From: Camelus dromedarius
Taxonomy: Eukaryota
NCBI RefSeq assembly: GCF_036321535.1
Contig: NC_087437.1
Location: 27,096,001-27,160,000 of the forward strand
Direction: 5' to 3'
DNA: 64,000 nucleotides
The number at the start of each line of letters is the position of its first letter. Position 1 is the first letter of the stretch. The translations under genes were made by a program, and so were the position numbers. The notes under the pieces were generated by a model, which had not been told where the DNA came from, did not search any database, and saw nothing but the letters and a program-made list of their open reading frames with translations. Shown piece by piece: positions 1 to 15,837 of this stretch.

Positions 1-400
1 TCATTTATTTACCTGTTATATATAACAGCCCCAAATTGTGAAACCACCTTTGACCTGTATTAGGGGGTAGGTTAAATCAATTATAGTACCTCCCTATGAT
101 GGAATACCATGTGGTTATAAAAATGGTGTTGTATCTCTATATTTATTGCATATTAATACTCATAACTTTATTATTTATTGTATTTACTGTATAATATATC
201 ATATTATGTAAAAGGGCAAGTTACAAAATATGAAAAACTTGTTGAAAAATTAATTTTAAAGAACTATATAATTGCTTATAGGAAAAAGTAAAGAAAGATG
301 TATAAAATGTTAACAGCTTTCCTCTGGGTGGTAGGATTTGGGGGTAATATCTATTTTTTTCTTTATATTTTTCTATCTATTTTTTGTCTTTTTCTTTTTA

Positions 401-640
<240 letters not shown>

Positions 641-924
641 TTAGTTTAAATGTTTGGTTCTGTATCAGCAACAGGGAACAGTCTTTAGGAGTCATTGAAG
701 ATTGTCCCTAGCCCCTGCAGAAAACTTGATAAAACCCTTCTGGCAGGTGTCTGATGTTACATATCTGTTGGAAGGGTTTTTTGTTGTTTGTTTTTATTGA
801 AACAAAATTTTTTTTAACTCAATAGGCAAGATAGATGACAGTAATTAGGCTTCAGTCAGGATTATATTTTAAGTCATCATCATAGCAAACACTTAAGAAG
901 AGCTGATCATATGCGAGGTATTTT

Positions 925-1284
925 CTTTTTAAAATTAAGGTATAGTTGTTATTACAATATTATATAAGTTTTAGGTGAACAACAGTGATTTTACAATCTT
1001 TAATCACACATAGTAGTCTGTACTTCTTAATCCCCTCCTCTTACCTTGCCCCTCCCCCCCCTCCCCCCACTGGAAACCACTAGTTTGTTCTCTATATCTA
1101 TCAATCTGTTTCTTTCTTTGTTATATTTACTAGTTTGTTTTATCTTTTAGATTTTACATGTAAGTGATATCATACAGTATTTGTCTTTGTCTGACTAATT
1201 TTGCTTAGTATAATGCCCTCAAGGACCATCCATCTTATTGCAGATGGCAACATTTCATTCTTTTTTATGGCTCAGTAGTATTCT

Positions 1285-1327
<43 letters not shown>

Positions 1328-1810
1328 TACATCTTCTTTATCCATTCATCTGTTGATGGACAGTTAGGTTGCTTCCACACCTTGGCAAGTGTAAATAATG
1401 CTGCTGTGAACATTGGGGTGCATCTATCTTTTTAAATTAGTGTTTTCATTTTTTTCAGATATATACCCAGGAGTGGAATTGCTAGGTCACATGGTAGTTC
1501 CATTTTTAGTTTTTTGAGAAACCTCCATACTATTTTCCACAGTGGCTGCACCATTTTACATTCCCACCAGCAGTGTACAAGGGTTCCCTTTTCTCCACAT
1601 CCTCACCAACATTTGTTATTTGTGTTCTTTTTGATGATAGCCATTTTGACAGGTGTGAGGTGATATCTCATTGTGGTTTTAATTTGCATTTTCCTGATGA
1701 TTAGCAATGTTGAGCATCTTTTCATGTGCCTATTGGCCATCTGTATGTCTTTGAAAAAATGTCTATTCAAGTCTTCTGCTCATTTTAAAATTCTGTTTAT
1801 TTTTTATTTA
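925..1810 (-). mobile_element. L1 3' end fragment with internal (TG)n
   Basis: Antisense L1 ORF2-end/3' UTR motifs (tatatacccaggagtggaattgct, gtgaggtgatatctcattgtggttttaatttgcatt). Confidence 0.9.
1286..1325. repeat. (TG)n microsatellite
   Basis: About 20 TG units. Confidence 0.95.
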
Positions 1811-2319
1811 TTTACTTTTACCTTATCCACATATTACTATAAAAGCAAAAGAAGATTGAAAAAAATCCAGCTGTGGCATAATGTAGGTATTCTATATCCT
1901 AATTGTAGTGATTACATAACTGTCAAAATTCATAGAGCTGTACATCTAAAAATGTGAGCGTTACTGTAAATTATACTTCAATAAACTGTATACTCCAGAA
2001 TAAGCTGCAGCATCTGGTGTATTCAAGGCTCCTCTTGAAATTCATTTGAGCAAAACACTAGTGGAGTCTGGGAAGATTACGAAAGGAGTACAAAGAGATG
2101 TTCCTTATTATATCTCCAAGTTTAACTGTTTTCTGTGTAAAATACTCAATATGGAAATGGATTTGTACTCAACAATGTTTTATAATAAACTAAAGATTCA
2201 GTTTAGTTCTATTTATTCCTAATTTTAAATTGTAATAAAACAGATACAAGAATTCCTAGGGCTAAACGATGCATTAAACAATTTAAATTTTCATGCAAAT
2301 GTTGCCATTTATTTTGAAA

Positions 2320-3915
2320 GATAATACATTTTTCACTTTTATGAAATATGACATACATTCAGATCAGTGCTAAAATATGCTATTTTGTTAATGAGTAATT
2401 ATGAAGTGAACACCCAAGTTATCACTATCTGGGTCAAGAAACAGAGCAGTGCTGATGCTCCAGAAGTGCCCCCGGTGTCTATCCCAAAGTCAGCGTTCTT
2501 CCTTCCTGGACGTAAGCACTAGTCTGATTCCATAGTAGTTGTTTTCACTTTTGTAATCTCTAAACAATAGTTTAATTTTTCCCATTTTGAATTTTACATA
2601 AATAGAATCATACATTGTGAATTTTAAAAATTTTCTTTTTGTCAACATTATGTTTGTAAGATTCATACATGTCCCGGTGTAGCTGTAGTCCAGTAACTTC
2701 TACTTGTGTATAGCATTCTGTTACATTACTTCATCACTATCTAATGACCCATTCTATTGTGAGTGGATATTTGAGTTGTTCCCTGGTTTTGGCTTACAAG
2801 CAATGAGACTCTGAACATTCTTATGCATGTGTGCTGGACCCAGAGGTAGAACTGCCGAATCCCAAGATGTGCCTGTGTTCCACTTGACTAGATATGATCT
2901 CCAAGTTGTTGTACCAACTTGTATTCCCACTAGAAGCAAATAATAGTGAGGGTGGTTCTGTATCCTTTCCAACACTTGATACTATCAGAGTTTACCTTTT
3001 TTTTTTTTTTTTTTTTTTTGCCAATAGTGTAGATACATAGTGATCTGTAATTGTAGTTTCAACTTTCCTTTCTCTCCCAGGTTACTAATGGGGTTGAGCA
3101 CCTTTTCCTGTGTTCACTGACCATTTGAATTTTCTCCTTTGAGAATTGGTCAAGTTTTTTAGGGTTTTTTTAGCCGATTTTTCTATTAAGTAGACTTTTT
3201 TTGTGTTGATTTATAAAAATTCTTTATACATTTAGTTTATCCTTCGTATATCATATGTGCTGCGAAGTGTCTTGGCTTGTCTTTCAGATTTTAATTGCAA
3301 TTTATCAAATCCTTTATGGATGCTGCTTTATTGAACTGGTTAGTAAACCTTTCCCTAACCTGAAGTAATAAAGCTATTCTCCTATATAAAAATAATCTTT
3401 TTAGTTTTGCATTTCCCATTTAGGTCTTTAATCCATTAGAACTGATTTTTACATGATGTAAGGTATGCTTCCAATTTCATTAAAAATATGGATATTCAAT
3501 TGTCCCAGCACTCTACACTGAAAAGGTTTTCCTTTCACCATCACTGTGCAGCCATCACTGTCATAAATCAGGTGTCTGTGTGTGCATGAGTCTGATTCTG
3601 AACTCTTTATTCTGGATCATGGGTTTCTGTATTTATTCTGCCCCACACTACACTGTCTTAATTGCTGTATTTTGTAATAGATCTTAGTATCTGATAGAGC
3701 ATGTTCCCCTCCCTCCCAGCCGACGTCTTCAAGAAAGTCTTGGCTATTCTAGGTTCTTTATATTTCCATGTAAATCCCAGCGTCAACTTGTCAAGACCTC
3801 CCTTCCCCGAAAACACAAATCTTGTTAGAATTTGAATTGCGGTTGCATCGGATCTATAGATCAATTTGGGAAGAATGCCATCCTTCAAATATTTAATCTT
3901 CCAATCCATGAACAT
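2320..3915 (-). mobile_element. Old L1 (L1M/L1ME-like) ORF2/3' fragment
   Basis: Minus ORF 3658-3915 (ILPKLIYR...KEPRIAKTFLK) resembles degenerate L1 ORF2. Confidence 0.8.
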
Positions 3916-3919
3916 TAGG

Positions 3920-5790
3920 TCAAATTTGTGAAATGGGTTGTTGAAATATTCTATTGTATTACTGCTTTTTCCGCCTCAGTCTAATAGTCCTCTCAATTAT
4001 CAATTATTTGATAATTATCAAGTATCCCATTATGATTATGGATTAAATTTTTTTCCTTTTACTTCTGTGAAATTTTGTTTCATATTTTGAGGCTAGGTTA
4101 ATATGGGAAATATTTTGTAACATTATACTTTCCTGGTGGATTAAAACTTCTGTCACTATGAAGTGGTGTTCTACCTCTGGTGTTGCTGTTTGGTATTTTT
4201 ATGCTACATCATTTTTGTTTATTTATATTTAATCTTTTTGTATCTTGTATTTATTTTAGCTATGTCTCTCATAAACAGTATATGGTTGGAATTTTTCCTT
4301 TTATAAATTGTCTGACAGTCTTTGTTTTTTAACTGAAGTACTTACATATAACTACTGACATTCTGTTTGTCCCCTGTTATGTGTTTTTCCTTTTCCATCT
4401 CCTTTCTTGTTTCTTGACGGGTATTTAAAATAAGTTACTCTATTTTTTGCTCTACCTCCAATAGCTTGGAAGTTATACTCTTTGCTTCTCTTATTTTTCT
4501 GGCTACCCTAAAAATTTTATCAAGCAATCTTAACTTATCAAAGTCTGAAAGTTAAGCTATGTATTTGCCCTTCTCCTAAACCAAAGGCTTTAGAACACGG
4601 TAACTGCATTTAGCTGTCTTCCCAAATCACATACTATTTTTTCATGCATTTTTATTCTATACTGTTTCTTGAAACTCCATGAGCTGTTATTATTATTATT
4701 ATTATCAGCCAGCTATTAGTTTTATCCATATATTCCATAAACACTTTCTTTACTCTTCATCTTTCTTGAATCTCAGACCATCCAACTACACAAAGAACAT
4801 TCTTTAGAATTTCCTTTAGTGAGAAGCTACTAGTGACAAACTGTTTTGCTAGACCATTTCTATTTGGAGCACATTTTCTTGAAAGATATTTTAACTAGGC
4901 ACAGCCTTCTAGATTGTTATTTTCTTTCAGCACACGGAAGACATTCTGCTCTGACTTCCATTGTTGCTTTGGGGAGGCTGATTTCTAACTGCTTTCTTTT
5001 AAATCTAAACAGAACCTTTTTCTTCCCTCTGCTGATTTTTAGGTTTTCTTTTTGTCTTTGGTGTTTTGCAGTTTTACTATGATGTGTCTAAGATTTTTTT
5101 TTTAATTCATCCTGCTTGGGATTCATGGGGATTCTTAAATCTGTAAATTGGTCTCTTTTATCAATTCTGGAAAATTATCATTCATTATCTCTTCAAACAC
5201 TGCCTCTGCCTGATTATCTTTTCCTCTCCTTCTAGGATTTTGAACAAATACATTTTAGACCCTTCATTCTGTTTTCATATTATATACACTTTTATGTATT
5301 CCTTACCTTTTTTTTGTCCCCATGGTAAATTTTGATAGTTCTGTTTTGTTTGTTTGTTTAACTTTTCTTCCAGGTCATCAGTTTTCTCTTTAGTTGGGTC
5401 TAAACTGCATATAACTCTCATCTTTTAAGTTTTTAATTTCAGTTGTTGCCTTTTTCATTTCTATAAGGTTCATTTTCTTTTCAAACCTGTCTGTCACTTT
5501 ATGGGTTTCTGTTCCCTCCATATATATCTTTAAGCTAATCTTCTGCTTTCATAAATAGAGTTAGATTACTTCAGTTTTTAAAGGCTTTGTAGGTCTTTTC
5601 TTATCAGATACATTTCCTCTGGGTTTTCAGTTGTGGTGTTGAGATTACTTGTGTTTTTAATTATTTTTCACTGTGTGCTGGTAATTAAATTTGAAAGGTA
5701 ATTTGTAGGAGTAATTTGAGGTTTGGATAAGTGACCTTCCTTCAGGCAGGATTTGGATTTGATTCTGTTAGTCACCTCAGTTCACTGTCA
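3920..5790 (-). mobile_element. Old L1/HAL1-like fragment (ORF1 region)
   Basis: T-rich, with motifs such as caattctggaaaattatcattcattatctcttcaaa typical of antisense L1ME. Confidence 0.6.
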
Positions 5791-6133
5791 CCCCTTAAAT
5801 TCTTTGTCGCCCAAAAGAAACAAAACTGGTCTCAGAAACTTAATTTCTAGGGATCTATTCGGAGGAGCTATACTTATATAAAAATAAATTTATTCACAAA
5901 GATATTCAAAGCAATGTTAGCATAGCAAAAGAATTAATAACCTTTATGTCCAATACCAGTGGAATGGTTAAATAAACTAGATGAAAAAGTACATAGATAC
6001 TAAAATGATGTTAATGTAAGCTATATTATATCATGGAAAAATTCTTGATAATTAAGTTAAAAAGAGATAAAAATTACAATTATAATATAATTCCAAGTGT
6101 GTTAACAAAAACCTGTGCTTAAAAACTCTAGAA

Positions 6134-6323
6134 CAGTGCTGTCTAATGGAACTTTTATTACCATAACATTTTTCTGTATCTGCCCTGCAATATGGTTGCC
6201 ATTAGTCAAGCTGTTTAGCATTTGAAATGTGACTAGTGTGACTGAAGAATTACATTTTAATTTTAATTATTTTAAATTTAGATAGCCATGTGGAGTATTT
6301 GCTACCATACTTGGCAGTGCAGA
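6134..6323. mobile_element. hAT-Charlie MITE (MER3-like)
   Basis: cagtgctgtctaatggaac...tgaaatgtgactagtgtgactgaagaa...ttggcagtgcag. Confidence 0.75.
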
Positions 6324-6667
6324 TCTAGGTAATATTGAAATATTAATAAATATTAATAATGATTTTTGGGATGTGGGTGAGACTTCTAGTGATTTTCTCC
6401 CATTCTTTTTAGTTTTTAAAGGCTTCCAAATTTCCTTACTATACAGCTATCACATTTTTAAGTAAAAGGCTTTAACTAAAATAAACCTTCATAAAATGTA
6501 TGTAAAGCATTATTATAAAGTATAGTAGAAGTTAAAAGGCCAAGTCTGTACCAGTTCTTTTTGACAAATAGCTAAATGTGTCATGTAGCCAAGCTGCCTT
6601 ATTCATCATGATAGCTTTCATACTTTTAGGTCAAACTGATTTTTAAAGAGTAGCGTATTAAAAATTA

Positions 6668-6886
<219 letters not shown>

Positions 6887-7682
6887 CTAAAATGAAATTT
6901 CAAACTCTCTTACAAATGCATTGATTCATCTGACATTTTTTTTAATGGGAGAAAAATGAGAACCTTCATTAAATTAAATTGAGGGCTCTCTTTTGTTAAA
7001 AAAAGAGAACATTCCTTTGCTGAAAGAACAAAAATGATGATTTCCATTCCATTCTGGCCTTAGTTCTCATAGGAAACAGTTGAACACAAAGGAACTTTGC
7101 ACTAGGGATTTAGTTTAAAAATACACACACACAATCTATCTATCTTCTCTAAGTATCTTTTCAATAGCTCTGAGTGGTAGAGGAGGAGCCCGTTGCTTAG
7201 AAAGATTAAATAATTGGGCAGCCTCTAAGGAGAAAAGCAGGGGTATAAATCCAGAACTTCTGATGCTAAAGTCGGGGCTCCTTCAATACCAACAGCACGA
7301 CAGCTTTACTGGCCAGCCGACTGACAGGGCCGGGCCATCTGTAAGACAGGAATCTGATTTGTTTTTGGCAGATTTTCCATATCCCAGCTTGAAGACAAAA
7401 ATGGAGTGTGTGCTGGATAAAACGAGAGACGGTGAACTCAGAAGCTCTTTACAGCTGTCTGTGAAGGGCTCTATGGATGTTGCTAATTTATTTCAATCAG
7501 TAACGACGGTGAGTTGAACGCTTAAAAATTTCAGCCAGATTTTCTGAGCCATTTCAACCAATGCATTGACTGAAGTGAAAGTTTTAAATATTGTTTTTTA
7601 AATATGCCAGTTTTAGCTCTTGATCAAGCATATGAGTTTTCTGAGGTATAACTGTATATAACATGCGCGTCAATGAACTTAC

Positions 7683-7750
7683 CTTCTTCGGAGAAACTAG
7701 TCTGTTGTTTTAATACTGCATAGTGTTTGGCCATTTGTCGCTCCTGTTTT
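7683..7750 (-). CDS. ERICH6: ERICH6 exon 9
   Basis: ttgtag|A AAA CAG...GAA G|gtaagt; KQERQMAKHYAVLKQQTSFSEE; 68 nt. Confidence 0.93.
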
Positions 7751-8212
7751 CTACAAAATCAAAAAATATGCATAAATCGGAAATGTGTTTGAAGCTTAAA
7801 ACAGTATACTATAAATTTTTACTATTCAAATGCCATTTCTTACTATTTTTATGTTATTACTTATAAATACAGTCATTTAATCAGTGTGCGTATTTTTCTA
7901 CTCTGTTTAGTGGACAGATTTCTCTAATGTGGGAATTCTGAATTGCCCTGGGAATTTGGGATTGGTAAATTTCTGCTGTAAGTCAGTGTGTTCACTGAGT
8001 TTCTGAAAGCTTCTGACTTTCATCACATCCACCAGGAACTGTAACAGGTTTGCTTTGACCAATTCTTACTTCTTCACTGGGACCACATCTTCAAAATTTA
8101 TCTATTTTGAGAAAGCAAGGTTCATTTTACAAAAAGCTCTCTAATTAAGTAGGACAAAAAGCTCTTTAATTAAATGGGCCTCTCTGAGTTCAATATCAAA
8201 GGCTCATCATTA

Positions 8213-8398
<186 letters not shown>

Positions 8399-8487
8399 TT
8401 ACCAGTACTGGATGAAGATAATTACAGGAGGGAAAAAAACCAAAAATTGGCTAATAGGGTTTTAGATAACAATCTATTGTAACATTT

Positions 8488-9245
8488 TTTGGTAACAGCT
8501 TTATTGAGATATAATTCACATACCATACAATTCATTTAAAGTGTACAATTCAATGGTTTCTAGTATATTTACTGAATTGTGCAACCATCACAAGAATCAA
8601 TTTTAGAACATGAAACCTGTATCCATTAACAGTCCCTCCCTGTCTTCCTCTCCTCTCCGCCCCTGGCAACCACTCACCTACTTTCTGTCTCTATAAATTC
8701 ACCTATTCTGTACAGTTCATGTAAATGGAATTATATGACATGTGGTTCTTCTTTCACTTAGCATAATGTTTTCAAGCATAATGTTTTTATTTATACTGTA
8801 GCATGTATAAGCACTTCATTCCTTTTTATGGCTGAGTAATAGTTCATTGTGTGGACCCTCCCCGTTTATCTACCCATTTATCTGTGGATGAACATCTGGG
8901 TGTTTTCACCTTTTGCCTGTTATGAATCATGCTGCTGTGAACATTTGTGTACCAGTTTCTGTGTGGACATATGCTGTCAATTTTCTTGGGTATTTATAAT
9001 ACCTAGGAATGGATTGTTTGTTGGGTTATATGGTAACTGTGTGTTAAACTTTTCAAGGAACTGCCAGACTGTTTTCCAAAGCGGCTGCACCATTTTCTGT
9101 TCCCCTTCAGCGGTGTATGAGGGTTCCAGTTTCTCTGTGTCCTTGCTAACACTTGTTATTATCTGTCTTTTTGGTTCTAGCCATCCGAGTGGGTGTGAAA
9201 TGGGATCCCGTTGTGCGTATGAGTTGCAGTCCCCCGACCACTAAC
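8488..9245 (-). mobile_element. L1 (L1MB-like) 3' fragment
   Basis: acagctttattgagatataattcacatacc...ctgccagactgttttccaaagcggctgcacc. Confidence 0.9.
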
Positions 9246-9321
9246 ACATAACCCTTTTCAGGATGGCAACACGGGGAAAGATGCAGAAGAAAATACCACA
9301 TCTATTTAAAAGCAGAGTTTA

Positions 9322-11520
<2,199 letters not shown>

Positions 11521-11556
11521 TAATGTTCATGTACATGTCCAGGCTTTATGGCCACT

Positions 11557-11947
11557 CTTATGGGTTGAATTCCTAACCCCTGGAACTTGTGGCCTTATTA
11601 GAAAGGGGTCTCTGCAGATGTAAGATGAGGTCATGAGGGCAGGCACTAATCACCACTAATGTGGTATCGCTGGGGAAGAGGGACATTTGGACACAGACAC
11701 ACTGAGCCTGCTGGGACAACCGAGGCAGAGGCCCGAATGACTCAGCTGCAAGCCAAGGAAGCCAGGGATTGCCGGCTGCTACCGGACACCTGGGAGAGGC
11801 AAGGAGGATCTCTTCCCTCTAGGCTGGACTTGCTAACACCTTGATTTTGGACTTCCAGCCTTCGGAACTGTGAGACAATACTTTCCTATCACTGTAAGCC
11901 ACATAGTTTGTGGTACTTTGTCACAGCAGCCCTAGGAAATGGATACA
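11557..11947 (+). mobile_element. MaLR LTR (MLT1-like)
   Basis: tatgggttgaatt...gacttccagccttcggaactgtgagacaata...cagcagccctaggaaatggataca. Confidence 0.85.
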
Positions 11948-11996
11948 GCCACCCTGTGTAAGGGCCATTCCATGTACATGAGCTCTTTGGCTTTTT

Positions 11997-12121
11997 GGGG
12001 GGTGGGAGGAGATAATTAGGTTTATTTACTTATCATCATTTTTCAGTGGAAGTACTGGGGATTTAACCCATGACCTCATGCATGCTAAGCATGTGCTCTA
12101 CCACTGAGCTATACCCACCCC
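11997..12121 (-). mobile_element. Camelid tRNA-derived SINE (vic-1-like)
   Basis: Minus strand ggtatagctcagtggtagagcacatgcttagcatgcatgaggtc...; TSD-like ctttggcttttt/ctttgccttttt. Confidence 0.85.
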
Positions 12122-12149
12122 CTTTGCCTTTTTTTTAAAGATACGTTCA

Positions 12150-12350
<201 letters not shown>

Positions 12351-12440
12351 CTAAATTTAAGAGAGAGAGAAAAAAAAAATTGAGTAAGTGATTTTTACTA
12401 TGAGTACAGTGTACTAGATGGACTGATAAATATTTCTTAC

Positions 12441-12496
12441 CTCCAGCTCACATAAAATACTTAGTTTTGGCTCTTCTGGATTAATTACCCATTTTG
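12441..12496 (-). CDS. ERICH6: ERICH6 exon 5
   Basis: cttcag|CA AAA TGG...CTG GAG|gtaaga; KWVINPEEPKLSILCELE; 56 nt. Confidence 0.95.
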
Positions 12497-12584
12497 CTGA
12501 AGAAAAAAAGGATAGATTTAGAAGGAAAGTTTAAAACTGTTGTGCAGTGTGTTCCATTTTCTCTAGTTTGAAGATCCTAGCCCA

Positions 12585-12590
12585 TCTCTC

Positions 12591-12621
<31 letters not shown>

Positions 12622-12636
12622 AACACACGCACGCAC
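12585..12636. repeat. (CT)n/(CA)n microsatellite
   Basis: tctctctc run followed by cacacgcacgcac. Confidence 0.85.
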
Positions 12637-12794
12637 AGTCTAAATGCCCTGAAACCCTACCTTAACCACCTTCTTGTACGTATTCTGAGGGAAGCTCTTT
12701 TCTAAAGGGGCTGGGCACCATTCAAGTTAAGGCTGGCTCCCTCAGGGCAGGTTGCTGTTGCTAGCAGAAGGGATGATGCCAGACATCCAGTTAC

Positions 12795-12857
12795 CTCTTA
12801 ACTTAGAAGCTAGATTTTCAGGTTCATCTTCCTTCTTCACAGAGGGCATTTCCTTCT
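12795..12857 (-). CDS. ERICH6: ERICH6 exon 4
   Basis: ttttgcag|AG AAG...AGA G|gtaact; (Q)KEMPSVKKEDEPENLASKLR; 63 nt, phase 1-1. Confidence 0.88.
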
Positions 12858-13779
12858 CTGCAAAAAGAGTGTACATTTGTCATCTCTCCTGACAAAGGAG
12901 GAAAGGAGCTTAATATAAAAGAATATATGCCTCTAGGAAAAATAAGTGACCTTGTTGTGTTTGTTTTATATTTTAATTTTTTTTTGTTGCCCCAAATAGC
13001 ATTTTATCAACAGTAAGTAACAAACAGAGGAGACTCACCACTAATGTAGCACATTAAGAGATGTTTCCTTGCTGCTTTCTAGCCTTAGGATACTACACGA
13101 ATGCATATTTTACTTGATTATAATCATAGTTTGCAGACCTTCTAGTTTTCTGCCTTTTAAAAGTACTATTCTATCTAGTTTATGACTATTATTCTGTAAA
13201 ATATTTTTCAGGGAGAAGAATGCTGGAGCAGGGGTTGGCGGGGTCCAGTTTAAGACAGTGAACTAAACCATCTGGGTAATTCCCTCTGCAGATTCCAGGG
13301 CAATACTGGAAATGGGGAAGACAATCATCAAGACACAAGCCACTTTGAGTAATGTCTATCTAGAAGGTTAGACGCACAGGACTGGAATGATGCAAATCCA
13401 ATCAGAACCACCTACAGTAGGCCAGGGGTAAAGGGAAGGGGTGGACCTGCACAGCCAGGGCTGGCGCTGGAGAAAGAAATGGGCTTCAGAAGATGACACA
13501 CTTCCTATGTGAAGCAGCATCTGAAGAAATTTAAAATCATTTTAGGCATCTTGTCAGACAGAGATGCCAGCACAGGTATGAAAAATAAAGAATGAACAAT
13601 GATTTTCATGAAGGCATCGTTCGTTATAGGGAAGAGGTCAAGACACCAAACCAAACCAAACAGCCCTGAAACATCTAACAATCAGATGTATTACATACGT
13701 CACTGTAACTGTATGTATATAAGGGGATACTGTGCAGTCATTTCAAAGAATTAGATCAATCTTTGCTGACGTGGATACT

Positions 13780-14105
13780 CTGCTAAGTAAAAAATTCAAA
13801 GAAGAGATAAAACTGCTGTTATTCACAGGAAATGTAGTTATCTAGTAGACTTTCAACTGATAAACTATTAGAATAGGAAGGTTCAGTAATGGGGATCAGA
13901 GACAAGATTAATACATTGAAATTAATAGTATTCCTATAAACTAACAATAACCAACTAGGAAATATAGGAAAAAAGATTCTAGTTGTTACATCAATAAAAA
14001 ACTATAAAATACCTATGAATAAACTAATGAGAGTTGCATATGAGTCCTATATGAAAAAAGCACATAAAAGATAATCTGAAAAATGTGAAAAGGTACACCA
14101 GGTTC
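13780..14105 (+). mobile_element. Old L1 ORF2 fragment
   Basis: gaagagataaaactgctgttattcacagg...taaactattagaat...aaaatacctatgaataaac. Confidence 0.7.
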
Positions 14106-14109
14106 CTGC

Positions 14110-14453
14110 TGTCAAAGTAATCAAACGGGGAGGCCATTAGATGAGGTGGCCCTAATGCCTCGGCAGCCAAATTGGAAGCAAGGCAGAACCAAAGCCAGAG
14201 TCAGTTCCTCAAGGTTGAGGACAGCCAATCACAAACAGCCAACCGGGCTTTCCCCAAGCAATACATCCTTGAGCAATAGCCAATCAAATGCTTTCCCTGC
14301 TTTGCCCCCTTGTCTTCTCTATGGAAACCTCTCCTTAGCTCTTGTCTGTGGAGTGCTCCTAACCACTTCTGGTTTGTTGCTGCCCAACTCCAATCCATGT
14401 CTGCTCAAATGAACTCTTAAACATTTGAAAATGTCTCATTTCACCTTTTAACG
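14110..14453 (+). mobile_element. ERV1-type solo LTR
   Basis: Starts tgtcaaag; repeated agccaatca boxes; 3' end ctgctcaaatgaactcttaaac...ttttaac. Confidence 0.7.
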
Positions 14454-14619
14454 CGACAAAGCAAGACCAAAGCCTCAACTTGTCAAATCCCACTGAAAAA
14501 CTGTGTCACAATTATACTGACTATATAGGTTCATTTGGGAATAATTAAAATCTTAATATTAGGTTTAATATTATGGTAATATTTAATATTAATTGTACAT
14601 CTTATGTTTAGTTTTTATG

Positions 14620-15175
14620 TTAGATCGCTTCACTCCTCTGTGGGAATGCTCCAGTGACTTCCCGTTTCATTTCCATTGAACAGGATTTGGCCCTCATTGT
14701 CTCTCTGACCTTATCCCCTAGGAGTCACCTCCTTATTTACTCCACTGCAGCCACACTGGCTGCCGCCTTGTTCTAGAAGGAAGCACTTGCTCTTCCCTGT
14801 GCCCGGAACACTCTTCCACCAGAGATCATCATGGCTCTCTCGCCTCCTTGAGGTCTTTACTTAAGTATTTCAGCTTCTCAGTGAGGATTTCCCTGAGTGT
14901 CCCATGTAAGCTTGCACCCATCTGCCCAGCATTTTCCATCCCTCTCCCTGGTTTATTTTTCCCCTTAGCACTACATCATCTAATGTTTTATATATTTACT
15001 TCTTTTGTGTATTATTTATCTCACTGTCACCTCCACCTCCCACACTTTTTATGGAAGATCACTGAGACGGGGGTTTGTCTGCTTTGTTCATTGCTGTTTC
15101 CCTAGAATAGGAAACTGACCTATGACAGGTGCTTGGCATGTGGTGTGTGCTCAGGAAACATCTGATGAATAAGTG
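14620..15175 (+). mobile_element. L2 3' fragment
   Basis: ccagtgacttccc...cagccacactggc...gtgtgtgctcaggaaacatctgatgaat. Confidence 0.75.
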
Positions 15176-15289
15176 ACATAACATAAAACAAATATTAAAG
15201 GTGAAAGGAAAGGCTATTCATAATGATTACCTCTGAGGAATATATTGGGATCAGTTAAGATTTTAATGTTTACATTATATTTTTCTTTT

Positions 15290-15460
15290 TAAATAATTTT
15301 TATTTTATTTTTTAAAGGAATGTTTTTTCTCTTTTGGAGGGGGCAGGTAATTAGTTTTATTTATTCATTTACTTTTTTTTAATGGATGTCCTGGGGATTG
15401 AACCCAGAACCTCATGCATGCTAAGCATGAACTCTACCACTGAGCTATACACCCCCCCCC
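15290..15460 (-). mobile_element. Camelid tRNA-derived SINE (vic-1-like)
   Basis: ggggattgaacccagaacctcatgcatgctaagcatgaactctaccactgagctatac. Confidence 0.88.
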
Positions 15461-15544
15461 GATGGCAGATTACTTCTTGATGTGAACACAAATGCTACCA
15501 TTTATTAAAATCTCAGTGCCAAGGAATTTAAATATTAACTCTTA

Positions 15545-15710
15545 TTTTGATCTTCATAACAGCCCTGTGACAGAAGGATTATTATGGCAACAGATGAAGA
15601 AACAGAGGCAATGAGGTTAAGTGACTTGTCCAATGGTCACAGTGTTAGTTTGTGTCAGGACTGGGACTCAAACCTAGCTCTGATGGCTGCCTACACCAGG
15701 GCTCTTTCCA
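15545..15710. mobile_element. MIR SINE
   Basis: cagatgaagaaacagaggca...ggttaagtgacttgtccaatggtcacag...gggactcaaacc. Confidence 0.8.
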
Positions 15711-15745
15711 ACGTGCAATCCCATCTCCCAAACCAAACTACTCAC

Positions 15746-15837
15746 GCAGCTGCTCTGTGCTATACAATTCTTGAAGCCAACTTTCTTCTGTTTGTACTGA
15801 CATTGGGTTTCTTAGATACAAACTGTGACGGGTAGTC
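15746..15837 (-). CDS. ERICH6: ERICH6 exon 3
   Basis: tttcag|G...CTG C|gtgagt; TTRHSLYLRNPMSVQTEESWLQELYSTEQL (SVQTEESWLQ matches recalled human protein); 92 nt. Confidence 0.93.

Noticed and set aside
8130..8175. Short tandem duplications (also 8760-8790 and 51820-51857)
   Set aside because: Two-copy slippage duplications with no spacer structure; not CRISPR-like or array-like.
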